Shown here: piece after piece, positions 12,691 through 24,900 of the stretch
How the letters are laid out: every line of letters starts with the position of its first letter
Numbering within the stretch: position 1 is the first letter of the stretch
Source: Phoronis australis
Lineage: Eukaryota > Animalia > Phoronida
NCBI GenBank assembly: GCA_002633005.1
Contig: NMRA01000873.1
Span: forward strand, 1-64,000
Direction: 5' to 3'
Length of the DNA: 64,000 bases
Position numbers and translations under genes: made by a program
The notes under the pieces: model-generated
What the model was told of the DNA's origin: nothing
Seen by the model: only the letters and a program-made list of their open reading frames with translations
Databases searched by the model: none

Positions 12691-14565
12691 TGACTTGATA
12701 CACAGGTTCTCGTGCAGCTTACCTTTACTCATATGAAAGCTTGAATACACGCTTGAGATGAGGATCCACAAACGCAGACGTCCTGCGTGCAGCAGAGCCA
12801 CACGAACAGAGAGCTCTCCATTCCCCAGTCACATGACAATACTAGAACTTACAACATCCGGCCACTGACGGAAACCCACGGACGAACACGAATACACGAG
12901 ACAACACGAAAGACAAGACCACAAAAACCAACATTCACAACACTCTCATCTCCAGCTCTGGCAAGAATCAGCTGTAATTCCGATATACTTTCAAACTTCT
13001 GTGGCACTTTGCACGACCTCAGATGACTTCTGACGTATTTAACACAGCTAATGAAGGNAATCTTAGAAGTGTCTACAAAGAGAATTTTAACTTCAAATAT
13101 ATTCTGATATAGCAGGCAAGTTAAGCAACATCTTGCCACTTGTGACTGGCCTGAAAGTGGTCTCGGATTTTTCTCCCCTGCTGGAAATTTAATTGTACCT
13201 ATGAGTTGCAAATTTCATTTTCTTACTAACCTTATATGAGTCTTTATGACCATCAATGTCAAACTTTGTCACCAGTTTTCCAAGTCTGATTTTTTGCCGT
13301 TCAAAAAATGCCGTTTTACTGACATGAAAAAATGCAAAATATGACTTTATAGCCAAATAGGTCACGTCTCGGTAACCAAAGGTCATTGAGTGCAAATATT
13401 GCAGCAGTGTACTTTGGGCCAGCATCCCAACACATGCACAAAGTATTAGTTCTGTATGAATTTTTGAGTATATAGTGATTTTTCATTTTCATATGGTTGT
13501 TATATGGAATCATTCTTAAGCACACTTTGCCCTCACCCACGGTGACGTCACACCTGAGTTTGCCAATAGGAATTAACATTGGAAAAGCACTTTTTACAAA
13601 AATGCGAAAGAATAACAAAGACGTGATTTCTGATATATATACTTTATTCATACACTAAGTTACATTAAAATGCATGTTGTTTTTTTACTTCAGGAACCTT
13701 TTAAGAGGAACTGACATTTCTTTTGTTCAGACCAGGCTCATGAACTTCGCTTATCACGTCAAGTATTGAAGTGCTAAATTGTCATCGTGTAGTCTCCAGG
13801 CCCTCTGACCATTCCCAATAGTGGAGTGGAACCATTCCCAATTTCAACCATTTAAATGAATTAAAAGCTATCTTGAAGAAAGGTGACTAAGTTTGGTTAA
13901 AAATTATTCCCACGGTCTTGAATTATCCACTTGGTCTGCATTTTTTTTATCCCTGGTTAATGTTAAAGTTTACGCCACGCATCCACGGGAATTTGACATG
14001 TGCAAGAGACTGTCTACGAGCGTGTGGCGATGGATGTTAAAGCATCCGTTAAATATTTTAGGAGATTTTGTGTCAAACTGCAGGGAACACTTTTCACGGC
14101 CCCCAGGTTTCTATCAGAACGTATTGTAGGAGTTACCAGTCTCAACTTTGAAAGTATAAGCCATCAAGCATACTTCAAGCAGCACCCCATGACAGTTGGA
14201 TCACGTTAGCGACTACTGGGTAATTGAGAACTCGAGCGTGCAGCTTCCTTAGGCCACCACCAAGTGGTTGGTCTGCGACATTAATAAGGGTACTCCTGAG
14301 AGCGAATTCGAAAAATTAAAAATGCTATGTTTCTTCAGTGAAACAGTGAATATTTAAATTTGTAGCAAGAGCTAGTGACTTCCTGGACAGACACAATTTT
14401 AAAAAACTTCTTTAATCAAAATAAACTAGAAATAGTCATCACAACGCTTTCAAACAGCAACCCATAACTTATAACAACATAACAGACGCATTAAAATCCC
14501 TGCATCGACGAGAATATCATGCTTACATATATTTAATGTCAATAGTAGTTTCCAGTTAGATTTAA

Positions 14566-16169
14566 AGGAGCATGCCACCCAAAAAACAACCTAATTTGTA
14601 TCAATTTAGATCGAGTAGTTCTACTCCATGACGACATGTACGGTTGCGTTACCTGACACCTGACGGCAGACGGAGGTATTGAAATTATCCAATGACGTCA
14701 TCGGTTTCACACGCAGTCTGTTCAGCAGTTCACAACACGGGTTACAAGTATCAGCTTATCGCTTGAAGTCATCGTTTAACACCAATAAATCATCAAACTT
14801 CGATGTAAAACCCTTAAAAATACACAGAGTTCTTATAAAAACGTGTTGTTTTATTTCGTTCTTACGGATTTATTGGTATTTGGACACACCCTAGCCTACG
14901 ATGTTCGGCAGGCCAATAAGGTCCGTAGCAGGAGTTTGGGGTAATTTCGAAGTATAAATACAAACAGGAGAACCTACTAGATCTGTGTTGTTTGGACTTG
15001 TGATTTTTTAGTTCTAAACACAAAACGCTTGTTATCCCCGCCAGTGGCTCGGAAACTTATCAGACATCACGAACATAAACCATCCAAAGTTCAGTAGAAA
15101 TTAAACTTCCAGTCAAGAAATTTAGTGAGTCAAAGTAATGGGCACCTGATTATGTTGGTGAATTAGCCACGAAACTGCAAATCTACTTACTCGTCGGGGG
15201 CCGCGAATTCAGGTTCCGCTTTGGCCACAGCACCGTCAGAGCAGGAGTTGTACATTGGCAATAAGTTATCTTAGTAATGTAAATGTAAATAAAGGTTCCC
15301 CTAACACCTGACCGTGGGATGGAAATCGAGTTGTTTCACAACAGTTTCTGCCAGCAAACACTAAATTAGCATGAGCTCATACGGCCTAGGTGTCCCGTCA
15401 ATTAGTTCTTTTTTTGCACTGACCTAAAGCCGGTAACGCAGTGATTTATTCATTGCTGGCTTTTCAAATCATTTGCACTCACGAACACTCCAAAGGCATT
15501 ACAAATTGCATCTAGTGAGACAGACTTTGTTTCAGTTTTATATAAGTATTGGTTAGGTTGAGAATAATTCATTTTGAAACGGAACGCTCAGTAATAAACG
15601 CCAACAAGATGGCAACTCGCAATCCCGACTTAGTAGGACGAGCTAGAGCTCATCGGTCCCGACTTGGCAGGTGGATCGTTAAGTTTTACAGGCTATCAAT
15701 ACGAACAGGAATACAGTGATGAAGAAATACTAGAGGCGCCGTGAACAAGCTCAGACAACGGAAAGTATGGAGTTATTTGTTAAGCCGGCATTCGTCAGGC
15801 ACTGTCGACGTCTGCAGGCCACAGACACGGAGATGTTTCACGGCCTCATACTTGCTATTTACAATCTACATTCCATTCTTCGCTACTGCGATCCCAATCC
15901 TAAACATTTCGGACTCTCGAGGAAGTCGAAAAACGATATACCCGCTTTCCTTGCAATTGCATAGTTCGCACAAGCGGGAACGATGCACCGCAACATAGCG
16001 GCATTCACTCTGCATAAGAACCATTGACGTCGCTAGCGTCGTTTCTCACCTTCCTCACAGGTTAACACGACACCTCTTGGCAAGGTAAGGTCGACAGTAT
16101 GCGAGGCGATGTGGATATAGACCGATTAAGACGGCAAAAAAGACTAATTAAATCTGGTGGCATTCTCCT
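14566..16169. mobile_element. Non-autonomous Kolobok-type DNA transposon
   Basis: TTAA flanks (14562-14565, 16170-16173); TIR aggagcatgccacc / ggtggcattctcct (13/14); internal GYQYEQEYSDEE (~15690) recalls the start of the KolX accessory protein (weak). Confidence 0.75.
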
Positions 16170-16341
16170 TTAATATGTTTCACTATCAGATTAGCCTCTG
16201 CTACTCCAGTTTGATTCGGGCTCGCTTGTTTCGTCACAGTCCATTTCTTCTACTTATTGATCGGCTTGGTTTGCCCGGAAACGACCAGCACTTTCAAAAG
16301 GAAACTGTCACGTTTTTCCCCGTGTGTGGGTGGGCGCAGGT

Positions 16342-17089
16342 TGTTACAGACCGGTGCTAATAGCTTTCGGTGCGAAGATTGACTGAAGACTGGTTCGAGT
16401 TAATCCTTTATTAATCCCGACCGTACGTTCACAAGCCTACTCAAACAAAACGTCCGACGCAATGTCTGTTTATGCTCCAGCCAGTGCTGCAAAGCCTTGA
16501 CTTGTATTGAACTTCTGAGATACTTCCAGCACCTGTTACACTCGATTCAATAACCTGCTGTCTCTATAGCTGGCTCTCTATTGACTATCGCTGTAACTAC
16601 TGATTCTCTTCACTGCAACTCAACTATAGTTCTCCTGATAAACTTTCTTGAACTCACCGATTAACTGACTTGGTCTTCTCTTGAACTGACGTGATCTCTT
16701 GATTAACTTTCTTGAACTCAACTGCCTAACACAAACCCGTGCTTGTGTATTTATAGCCTAATGCATTGTTATAGAACTTTTCATCAATTCAAGCACATAC
16801 CAGAACTTTCTGGAACCTACCCAATCATTCTACAAACATGTACTAGTCTCTAGAATATTCCAGACTGCATTAATCAGTCATGCTAGAGTCTTCTAGAAAG
16901 TTCCACACTATACTGTAGTAATCAAATTACATCATCACTGTTCTGACCTCAGTCTTCTAGAAAGCTCCACACTATTTTGTAGTAAACAAATTACATCATC
17001 ACTGTACTTAACTCAGGGGTCACGCCAATCAAGCAGAATAACAAAACAAAACAATACAACCAATAATACTGTCAGACTATACTCTGACA
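16342..17089 (-). mobile_element. Solo-LTR-like sequence with clustered heat-shock elements
   Basis: TGTTAC...TGACA termini; minus-strand TATAAATA (16748-16755) and AATAAA (16407-16412) in U3-R-U5 order; 64-bp tandem duplication 16887-17014. No clean TSD. Confidence 0.6.
16803..16967. promoter_or_regulatory. Heat-shock element (nGAAn) cluster
   Basis: Perfect GAActTTCtgGAA (16803-16815) and TTCtaGAAagTTC (16891-16903); near-perfect ctctaGAAtaTTC (16848-16860) and TTCtaGAAagctc (16955-16967); all 50-210 bp upstream of the minus-strand TATA. Confidence 0.6.
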
Positions 17090-17556
17090 GAAACCAGGAA
17101 CGGTAGATCCACAAAGCCATTCAAGAGAATAGTATCCATCATGCGTTGGAATAGAGTTTTTCGTTGCTTTCCGATGTGATGTTCAATGGGTAAATCGCTT
17201 ACAGACTCTTAATGCTTTTCAGTAAGTGATTTACCCATTGAGTATCTATTATGCAGCTTCCAACCGAAGTTGAGAGGATCCAAACCGTTTTCTGGGAGCA
17301 TGAAAATATGTGTTCGTGTGAGCTTGTGCAGTATTGTCTTTCGGTAAGGAGGAAGCAATGCGCAGCCAATATTCTTGACGATGGACATGAAAGAAATATT
17401 GAGAAAATGTAATTGATGAGGAACCTATTGTCTAACAGCCGACAAAGACAACACATCACTAACTGTCCTTAAAGCACTGGATCTTTTGGTTTTATATTAC
17501 TAAAAATTATTTGAATATATTTTCATTGTTTTTATCAACTTTAATTTATCAATTAT

Positions 17557-19972
17557 ATACACAAAACTTACCGGAAGTGGCGTACATGAAGTAACATCCC
17601 ACAAAGCATTATTACGCGAATCGACCGCTATCGATGATCGACGTCGATACGCGGAATAATGTCTAGTTCGATATTACTTTATGTACGCCACTCGAGGTAC
17701 GTTTTGTATTTATCCCATACGCTTCGAATTCCTAAGTTTATTTCATTTTTCGGCAGGTTTTCTAAATAATTCTCTCAGATTCTTCATGTGGCGGATCAAA
17801 TCCTATTTTTATACCATACGTGTTGAATCAGTCGAGGGAAATACGGCCATGTAATAACGTTTTTTGTATTCACCTCCCGCACTATTTCAACAGCGACCTC
17901 TGACATGGAAAGTTCAGAAGGTAGGTAAATGTCGACTCGACGTCTATAGCTGTTTCGATCATCAAACTTTTGCAATAGTGTGAGTAACACTTGACATGCA
18001 ATCAGGTTTCAGTCGTAATAAACATTGGGGGTATTGTTCGAGTGTCTGGAAAAGCTGTACCCTCTGCTCCTTGCATACCTCACAAGCAAAGAAGACATGA
18101 GGATATGTCTGGGTGTCTCCACAGGAACACAGACAGGACTCTGTTAATTACCGGGTATATGACAGTTCTGTCTCAGTTTTTAATTGCTAGTATTATGTCG
18201 TCTGCAACTCAGGCGTCGAAACCTCGGTAACTACAATATGAATTATTGTTAATTAACTATTTTCAGGAGGTGTTACAAGTTCAATGCACAGTTACCGTTG
18301 CTTTCATCTTTGTTATCTCTTTTCAAGTAACAAGTCGTTACATTTAAAAACTNCTTCATGTGGCGGATCAAATCCTATTTTTATACCATACGTGTTGAAT
18401 CAGTCGAGGGAAATACGGCCATGTAATAATGTTTTTTGTATTCACCTCCCGCACTATTTCAACAGCGACCTCTGACATGGAAAGTTCAGAAGGTAGGTAA
18501 ATGTCGACTCGACGTCTATAGCTGTTTCGATCATCAAACTTTTGCAATAGTGTGAGTAACACTTGACATGCAATCAGGTCTCAGTCGTAATAAACATTGG
18601 GGGTATTGTTCGAGTGTCTGGAAAAGCTGTACCCTCTGCTCCTTGCATACCTCACAAGCAAAGAAGACATGAGGATATGTCTGGGTGTCTCCACAGGAAC
18701 ACAGACAGGACTCTGTGAATTACCGGGTATATGACAGTTCTGTCTCATTTTTCAATTGCTAATAATTATTATGTCGTCTGCAACTCAGGCGCCGATTCTT
18801 CGGTAACTACAATATGAATAATTGTTAATTAACTATTTTCAGGAGGTGTTACAAGTTCAATGCACAGTTACCGTTGCTTTCATCTTTGTTATCTCAAGTA
18901 ACAAGTCGTTACATTTAAAACCTTTCTTTTACTATAGAAAACTTGCAACCTAACGCGCAATTATATGTACATAGGCTGTGATCCGCCACGTGAACAGTCC
19001 GGGTGAAGTATTTTTTAAATGTTTATTACGAAATCTTCAGAATACAATGAATATATATAACCCAGAAAGCGCCAAGAGGCATTAGATCTGGGTTAAATAA
19101 TACAAAGAAATGTATATACAATTATTATACACGAATACATAAATTAAAAAACTGATGTTAAGATTACAATGATATATGATTACGAATGTAAGTAATTCAT
19201 TTTCATAAACATTTATGAAATTAATTTTATCCACTCGCACAAAGAGATTTAATGTTATAAAGAAATTCTGATACTGTTTCGAATAAAACCTTATTTTCAT
19301 TTGGGTTGAGTTTTTGACATCCATATAGAAAAAAAATAATTTTGTTGTACTATTGGGAATTTCAGAATATTTTTTGTAAACATTGGGGTATTGTTCGAGT
19401 GTCTGGAAAAGCTGTACCCCCTGCTCCTTGCATACCTCACAAGCAAAGAAGACATGAGGATATGTCTGGGTGTCTCCACAGGAACACAGACAGGACTCTG
19501 TTAATTACCGGGTATATGACAGTTCTGTCTCAGTTTTTAATTGCTAATATTATGTCGTCTGCAACTCAGGCGTCGATTCCCCGGTAACTACAATATGAAT
19601 TATTGTTAATTAACTATTTTCAGGAGGTGTTGCAAGTTCAATGCACAGTTACCGTTGCTTTCATCTTTGTTATCTCTTTTCAAGTAACAAGTCGTTACAT
19701 TTAAAAACTTTCTTTTACTAGAGAAAACTTGCAACCTAACGCGCAATTATATATACATAGGCTGTGATCCGCCACGTGAACAGTACGAGTGAAGTATTGG
19801 AAAAATCTGGCGAAAAAATGAAAGAAACTTAGAAATTTGATGCGTATGGGATGAATACAAAACGTACCTCGATTGGCGTAGATGAAGTAATATCCTACTC
19901 GACATTATACGTGGAACAAATGTATCGTCAGATATTACTTCATCAACGCCACTCTCTGCACGTTTTGTGTAT
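17557..19972. mobile_element. Unclassified non-autonomous foldback/TIR element with hairpin-containing TIRs and internal duplications
   Basis: Imperfect ~200-240-bp inverted termini (atacacaaaac...tgtggcggatca vs tgatccgccacg...gttttgtgtat); each terminus has an internal palindrome; internal unit repeated at 17782, 18354 and partially at 19377. Confidence 0.7.
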
Positions 19973-20089
19973 GTATGCACTTGCGTGTTAGTTTGCAAGT
20001 TTTCCCTAGTAAAAGAAACACTTTTAAATGTAACGGTTTATTACTTGGAAACACACAACAAAGATGAAAATAGCTGTAAATGTACAACT

Positions 20090-20325
20090 ATTGTTAAAAT
20101 CTCCCTCCTGAAAAACTGTAGAAGGCTCATTACCACGCGACACACTCCAGAGAATTAACCCAAACAACACAAAAGCCCTAAGATACACAAACCTGATATG
20201 CAAATGAGACCATATATAAGCAACATTGACTTTCCCTGCCACCAACTGGCTAGATTCCTCAACAACATCATATCTGCACTAGTTGGAAAAACTGACTCGC
20301 ATCTAAAGGACTCGAAGCACTTCGT
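20090..20325 (+). mobile_element. Penelope-like retroelement RT fragment
   Basis: PKIHKPDMQMRPYISNIDFPCHQLARFLNNIISALVGKTDSHLKDSKHF matches the PLE RT N-terminal motif PKIHK...RPIvS...LAkxL...HvknS. Confidence 0.8.
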
Positions 20326-20462
20326 ACCTTATTGGTCACCCATATTTCCTTTCTTCAGTTCAACGTGGTCTAGCTCATTCAGCCACCTATTCGTCGTCAA
20401 CAAGACCAAGGTTCGTACTCTGCATTTTTCGGGAGTTTTTGGCCCTCATTCTTCCACTTATG

Positions 20463-21960
20463 ATTTTTTGCTCTCGTTCGAGTGAGAGAGAGAGTAGAGT
20501 AGATGAGGGTGAAGCCCTCGGACAGCTTCGCAAGATCGGTGGATCTCGCCTTCTGTCCTTGCTGTGGTTGGTGTGGACGTGGATCGAAGGCAGGACCTGG
20601 TAGGCTGGTGGTGGTAGAGGTGGTGTTCTTCATCTTCTTCTTCTGGAGAAGAGACGCTGGCTGGATGGCAACAGCGTTATTGGCATCTTAGGTGTGAAGC
20701 TGGCTTGATGGCAACAGCTTAGAGTTTGATGCGCACGAAGCCGGCTTGTTGGCAACGGCTGTCATGCTACTTATTGGTTGTCTTTATACTGCNATTTTTT
20801 GCTCTCGTTCGAGTGAGAGAGAGAGTAGAGTAGATGAGGGTGAAGCCCTCGGACAGCTTCGCAAGATCGATGGATCTCGCCTTCTGTCCTTGCTGTGGTT
20901 GGTGTGGACGTGGATCGAGGGCAGGACCTGGTAGGCTGGTGGTGGTAGAGGTGGTGTTCTTCATCTTCTTCTTCTGGAGACGAGACGCTGGCTGGATGGC
21001 AACAGCGTTATTGACATCTTAGGTGTGAAGCTGGCTTGATGGCAACAGCTTAGAGTTTGATTCGCACGAAGCCGGCTTGTTGGCAACGGCTGTCATGCTA
21101 CTTATTGGTTGTCTTTATACTGCCCCGTCGGGACAGTTTTTTTCCCGTTGTCTTTACACTGCCCCGTCGCCCCTTCGGAAGAGTTACCATTAGCGCAGGG
21201 CCCGAACCCTTGGTGCTCCGGTACATGGCTGTCACGAAAGTTCGGTTGTCTTTATACTGCCCCGTCGGGACAGATTTTACCAGTTGAGCAGGGCCAGAAC
21301 CCTTAAGTGCTCCTGGAATATGCTTGTCACGGAAATGCGGCTTAGTGTGGCTTCGCGGAGTGACTGCAGCCTGTCGGAGACAGTCTGCATTCCGGCCAGC
21401 TCGTGTAATATGTCAGTTCGGCTTTCCGAGAGCAATTCTCAGTGCCCAGTTATGTACTCTCTGTAGTCTTTCGATTGTGGAAGGAGCACAAGTTGAAATG
21501 TCGATCGCGTCGTATTCGAATAGGGGTCTGATGAACATTTTGCAGATCAGTAGTAGGCAGTCGCTCCTAGCGCCCCATCCTGTGCCCTTCAATCTATACA
21601 TAAGCTTGACTCTGGTTGTTGCACGGTCACACACGTGTGCGACGTGGGGTTGTAACGTCAGTCTTTGATCAAGGGTTACCCATAGCAGAGTGGAATCTGC
21701 TTTTGGTGTGAACCTGACACCAAATATTAAAAGACTGAACGGTCGCAGTTTGCGTTTGCGGTGAAACAGGATGACCTGTGATTTTGCGGCATTGAGTTTG
21801 AAGCGCCAGATGGTGCACCAGTCCTCCAATTTTGATAGTGCCCGCTGGAGGCGTGCTTGGACAACTGTCTTGTGTTTGTCACTTGTCCAGAACCCGAGAT
21901 CGTCGGCGAACTGGGATATCTGAACTGTGTCCCTTGTTCGAGTGCGACGTTCTCCAACCT
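20463..21960 (-). mobile_element. 5'-truncated non-LTR retrotransposon (Jockey/I-group LINE): RT C-terminus and 3' UTR
   Basis: ISQFADDLGFW...LQRALSKLEDWCTIWRFKLNAAKSQVILF...LDQRLT...FIRPLFEY...LQRVHNWALR; structured 3' end with (tctac)/(ct) repeats and short A tail; last 331 bp duplicated across an N. Confidence 0.88.
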
Positions 21961-24900
21961 TAAATAATGACCACAATTTAAACCAATCACACCAATCAGT
22001 GGCTTCTCTGGTAGCAAACATGCAACTTCTCTGTATGTGACACTGCTTTTCATTGGCTGGTGTAAGCCATATGACCCAGACTTTAACCAATGAGCGTCTG
22101 GTGTTTACTTAACGACCTGAAGGAGGCACAGAACAGTTCTCACTGGGTTTTGCCTAGCAAAACACACATCACTTGATTTGTAACCTTTTCTTCACTCTGT
22201 CAAAAACAGGATGCAAAGAATGGCATGTTTTCAATTATTTTACATAAAAAGCCCAGCAGATGAGCACAGAAACTTTATTCTTTCTTGTATTTTTGACAAT
22301 TTCATTCCCACTGAAAACCAAGCTAGACTAAGAAAAATAAGGGCAAAAAAATGCAAAATCGGCACTTTTCACCCGAAAAATACCACTTCCCTGCCGATGC
22401 ACGACTAAAACCAAACTTAGAGTCTGAAAGCAAATTTCCTACCGATTCAGAAAATGTGGTCCAAAAGTACTGTCAACCAACTAGTTTTTTTGCAATTCTT
22501 GCTTGTTTGAGGGCTACCTAAAATCACAGCCAATTTCTCGGTCGCTACCCAACAATGCACAATTGCAGCCGGGGGCCGCCATCTTGAAGAAGAGTGCAGC
22601 TACAGCCAAGAAAGTGGCCTTTTTTTATTCACAGCATGTTCACAAATACAAACAAACCACATTCACTGAGCCTACGTGCAATGCCCACCTACAAAATGCC
22701 CCCAAACTTGGCCTACCCCAAAATTTCTATATTTTGGCAGTGCAAATTGGCCGCGGCCGCAGCCTAACTATTCAGTGCCACCGAAATGACCTGCTTAATC
22801 ACCTCAACATCATAAGACAAGCTTACCCTCTAACACAGTGCCACCTATACTGAAAAGTGGCCTTACCTTTCGCCGGTAGCCCTGTGAAAGAGTGTAAAGA
22901 CAAGCTAAAAGGGAATTATCCCAACTTAAAATATTAATAACTCTGTGATCGGTGATAATTTTGCGTGATTGTGACATGTGTTAATTAATGTTTGCGTCTA
23001 ACATGATTTTGCCTCCAAAACTTTACTTAAAAGCCTACCTGTGAACTTTTGGCTGGTTGTCTATTGCCTTTCATAAGCAGTTAAAGTACTCTATCATTGA
23101 TTGAGTGTGATTGATCACTGCCAGCAGAGCCAACATGGTTGCAAGCTTTAATTGGGAGAATTCGTCTCCGACTCTCAACAATCATCGAATGCTCTTGGCT
23201 AGTCGATATATAATATGCAAGACTCGACTTCCTAAACGTCAAATCCGTCATGAAAACCAGGCAACCTGTTAATTATAACTATGAACAAACATTTGCATTT
23301 ATGAGAAGCTGTTTCCATAGTACTGTCACGTGTTTTGGACATCTCGCTTTGATTTTAAAATTACATGTCGGGCGTGTACCTCGAGGTAAAAGTGATTCTA
23401 CAACCAGGGGTTACTGGCATTGCAGATTTTTCCGAAAATAGACTCAAAAGAGAACATTGAAATGTTTTTGATGAAAAACCTCCGATCAATTGTCGAAGTG
23501 TTGTCTGAGATGAATACGTATATTTCTGTTCAACTGACAGCCTTTTGTTCATGATTCTGTTGTCGCCGGTTATTACTTGACTAGAAATATTTATAAGGTG
23601 ATGAAAGTCAACGCTATTCTTAAGCATATATGAAGGTCATAATTTGCTCAGTTGGTTGCTCCTGTGTCAAGACAAACACTTGGTACTCTGTAAGCAATTA
23701 GTCAACATCGTAAATCGTCTCTGATCTGCGGTATATGATTTCAGCAGATGTTTCACAGTTTTACTCAGGATTTGTGGATTAGAATCCACAATCTAGTGTC
23801 AGTAAATGGCGGAATTATAGCCCTAATGTGCTCAAGTACATAAACGCTATCCTACTAATCAAGGCATTCCAAATAAACAGAAAGAGAATGCATTCTGTTG
23901 ACTAACGCCAGCATCCATAAAACTTGTTGACATTGTACATGTCCTTCAATGGTAGATTTCGTAATTGCGAAACCAATCTCGTTGGGCAGGTGATTTCACG
24001 TCTGCCAACTGTAATGTTTGCAATAAAAAACACATAATTCTGTTATGTATGTATTTTATTAACACAAACCGACCTCCCTTACTTCTCTTACCGGATAGTT
24101 GTGATAGACACGAAAACGTCGCATTCTCTTCGTTAGTTACGCGATTGTGTGCATATATAAGCCGTAGTACTGAAATATAACTGTCGTTTAAAGACTTTTT
24201 AACATCAACTAAAGACCAGTTTAGTGTACGATTTAACTCAAAATTTACACCTATTAAAACTGTAAAGTCTTGGAAAGAATGTATTAAAGTACATTACGAC
24301 AGGTGCAACATATGGTTGTTGCTAGACGAATGTACAAATGTGAGCAGTAAAAATAAAGAACAAGTCTCAGATATTGTATACAAACGGAGTATTCGCGTGT
24401 GTGCAGTAATGGTAATATTTCACTCCACGAATGACATGGGTTACGAACTTCCTCAGTTTTGCAATCATAACAACGTGGACAATGTCTTGTAGAAGAGAAA
24501 CATTTTCTTACCCAAACTTGTAGATGTTTCAAGAACTCTGCTTGCAGCCAAGCGGAAATGAATGCTTCCGGCAAAATAGTGCAAATGTCATAATTTTGAG
24601 CCTTCCGTTTTGAGCCTCACCTCAGTTTGGACTTGATAGTTTCGATGAGGAGTTGAACAGACCTCCTTCGAATATTTAGAAGATTCAACGTGACATAGTT
24701 GGCGATAACGAACCATGTTTAAAATGCACGTTGAAGAGAATACGAATTTTAGCGAGATTACCGGAAAATTTCGACTCATCTCGTCAGGCAGACCAACGCT
24801 GGGTTTCGTTCCCAAATACTTCTTTCAGATGGATTGTTTTTCTAATGTGTAGAACACGAGAGTCAGCCGAGGGACTCTTTACCCCCCCCCCANCCCCCCC

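Larger units (their letters stand above)
8826..13515 (-). mobile_element. Sola3-like DNA transposon, defective, spans an N gap
   Basis: TTAA at 8822-8825 and 13516-13519; imperfect ~26-bp TIRs (gagcaattccatataaaaaccagatg / catatggttgttatatggaatcattc). Internal intron-containing transposase: IVRRINQEQAK...VVMDFA, FGKKGWHV, FLRSDNANCYH, YDFSESQKGKDICDRKIAPLK. Superfamily assigned from recalled motifs. Confidence 0.75.

Noticed and set aside
17782-18920. 572-bp tandem duplication with duplicated small ORFs
   Set aside because: Junction is a single N (18353) and copies are near-identical; likely unmerged haplotypes. ORFs have no recognisable product.
20835-20892. Possible hammerhead ribozyme (CAGAAGG...stem...CGAAG on minus strand)
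   Set aside because: Core deviates from the required CUGAnGA/GAAA; treated as plain hairpins.
20463-21123. 331-bp direct repeat resembling LTRs
   Set aside because: Adjacent copies joined by an N (20793); it is the LINE 3' end duplicated by the assembly.
21105-21273. Spaced short repeats superficially like a CRISPR array
   Set aside because: Only three copies, irregular spacing, eukaryotic LINE context, no cas genes.
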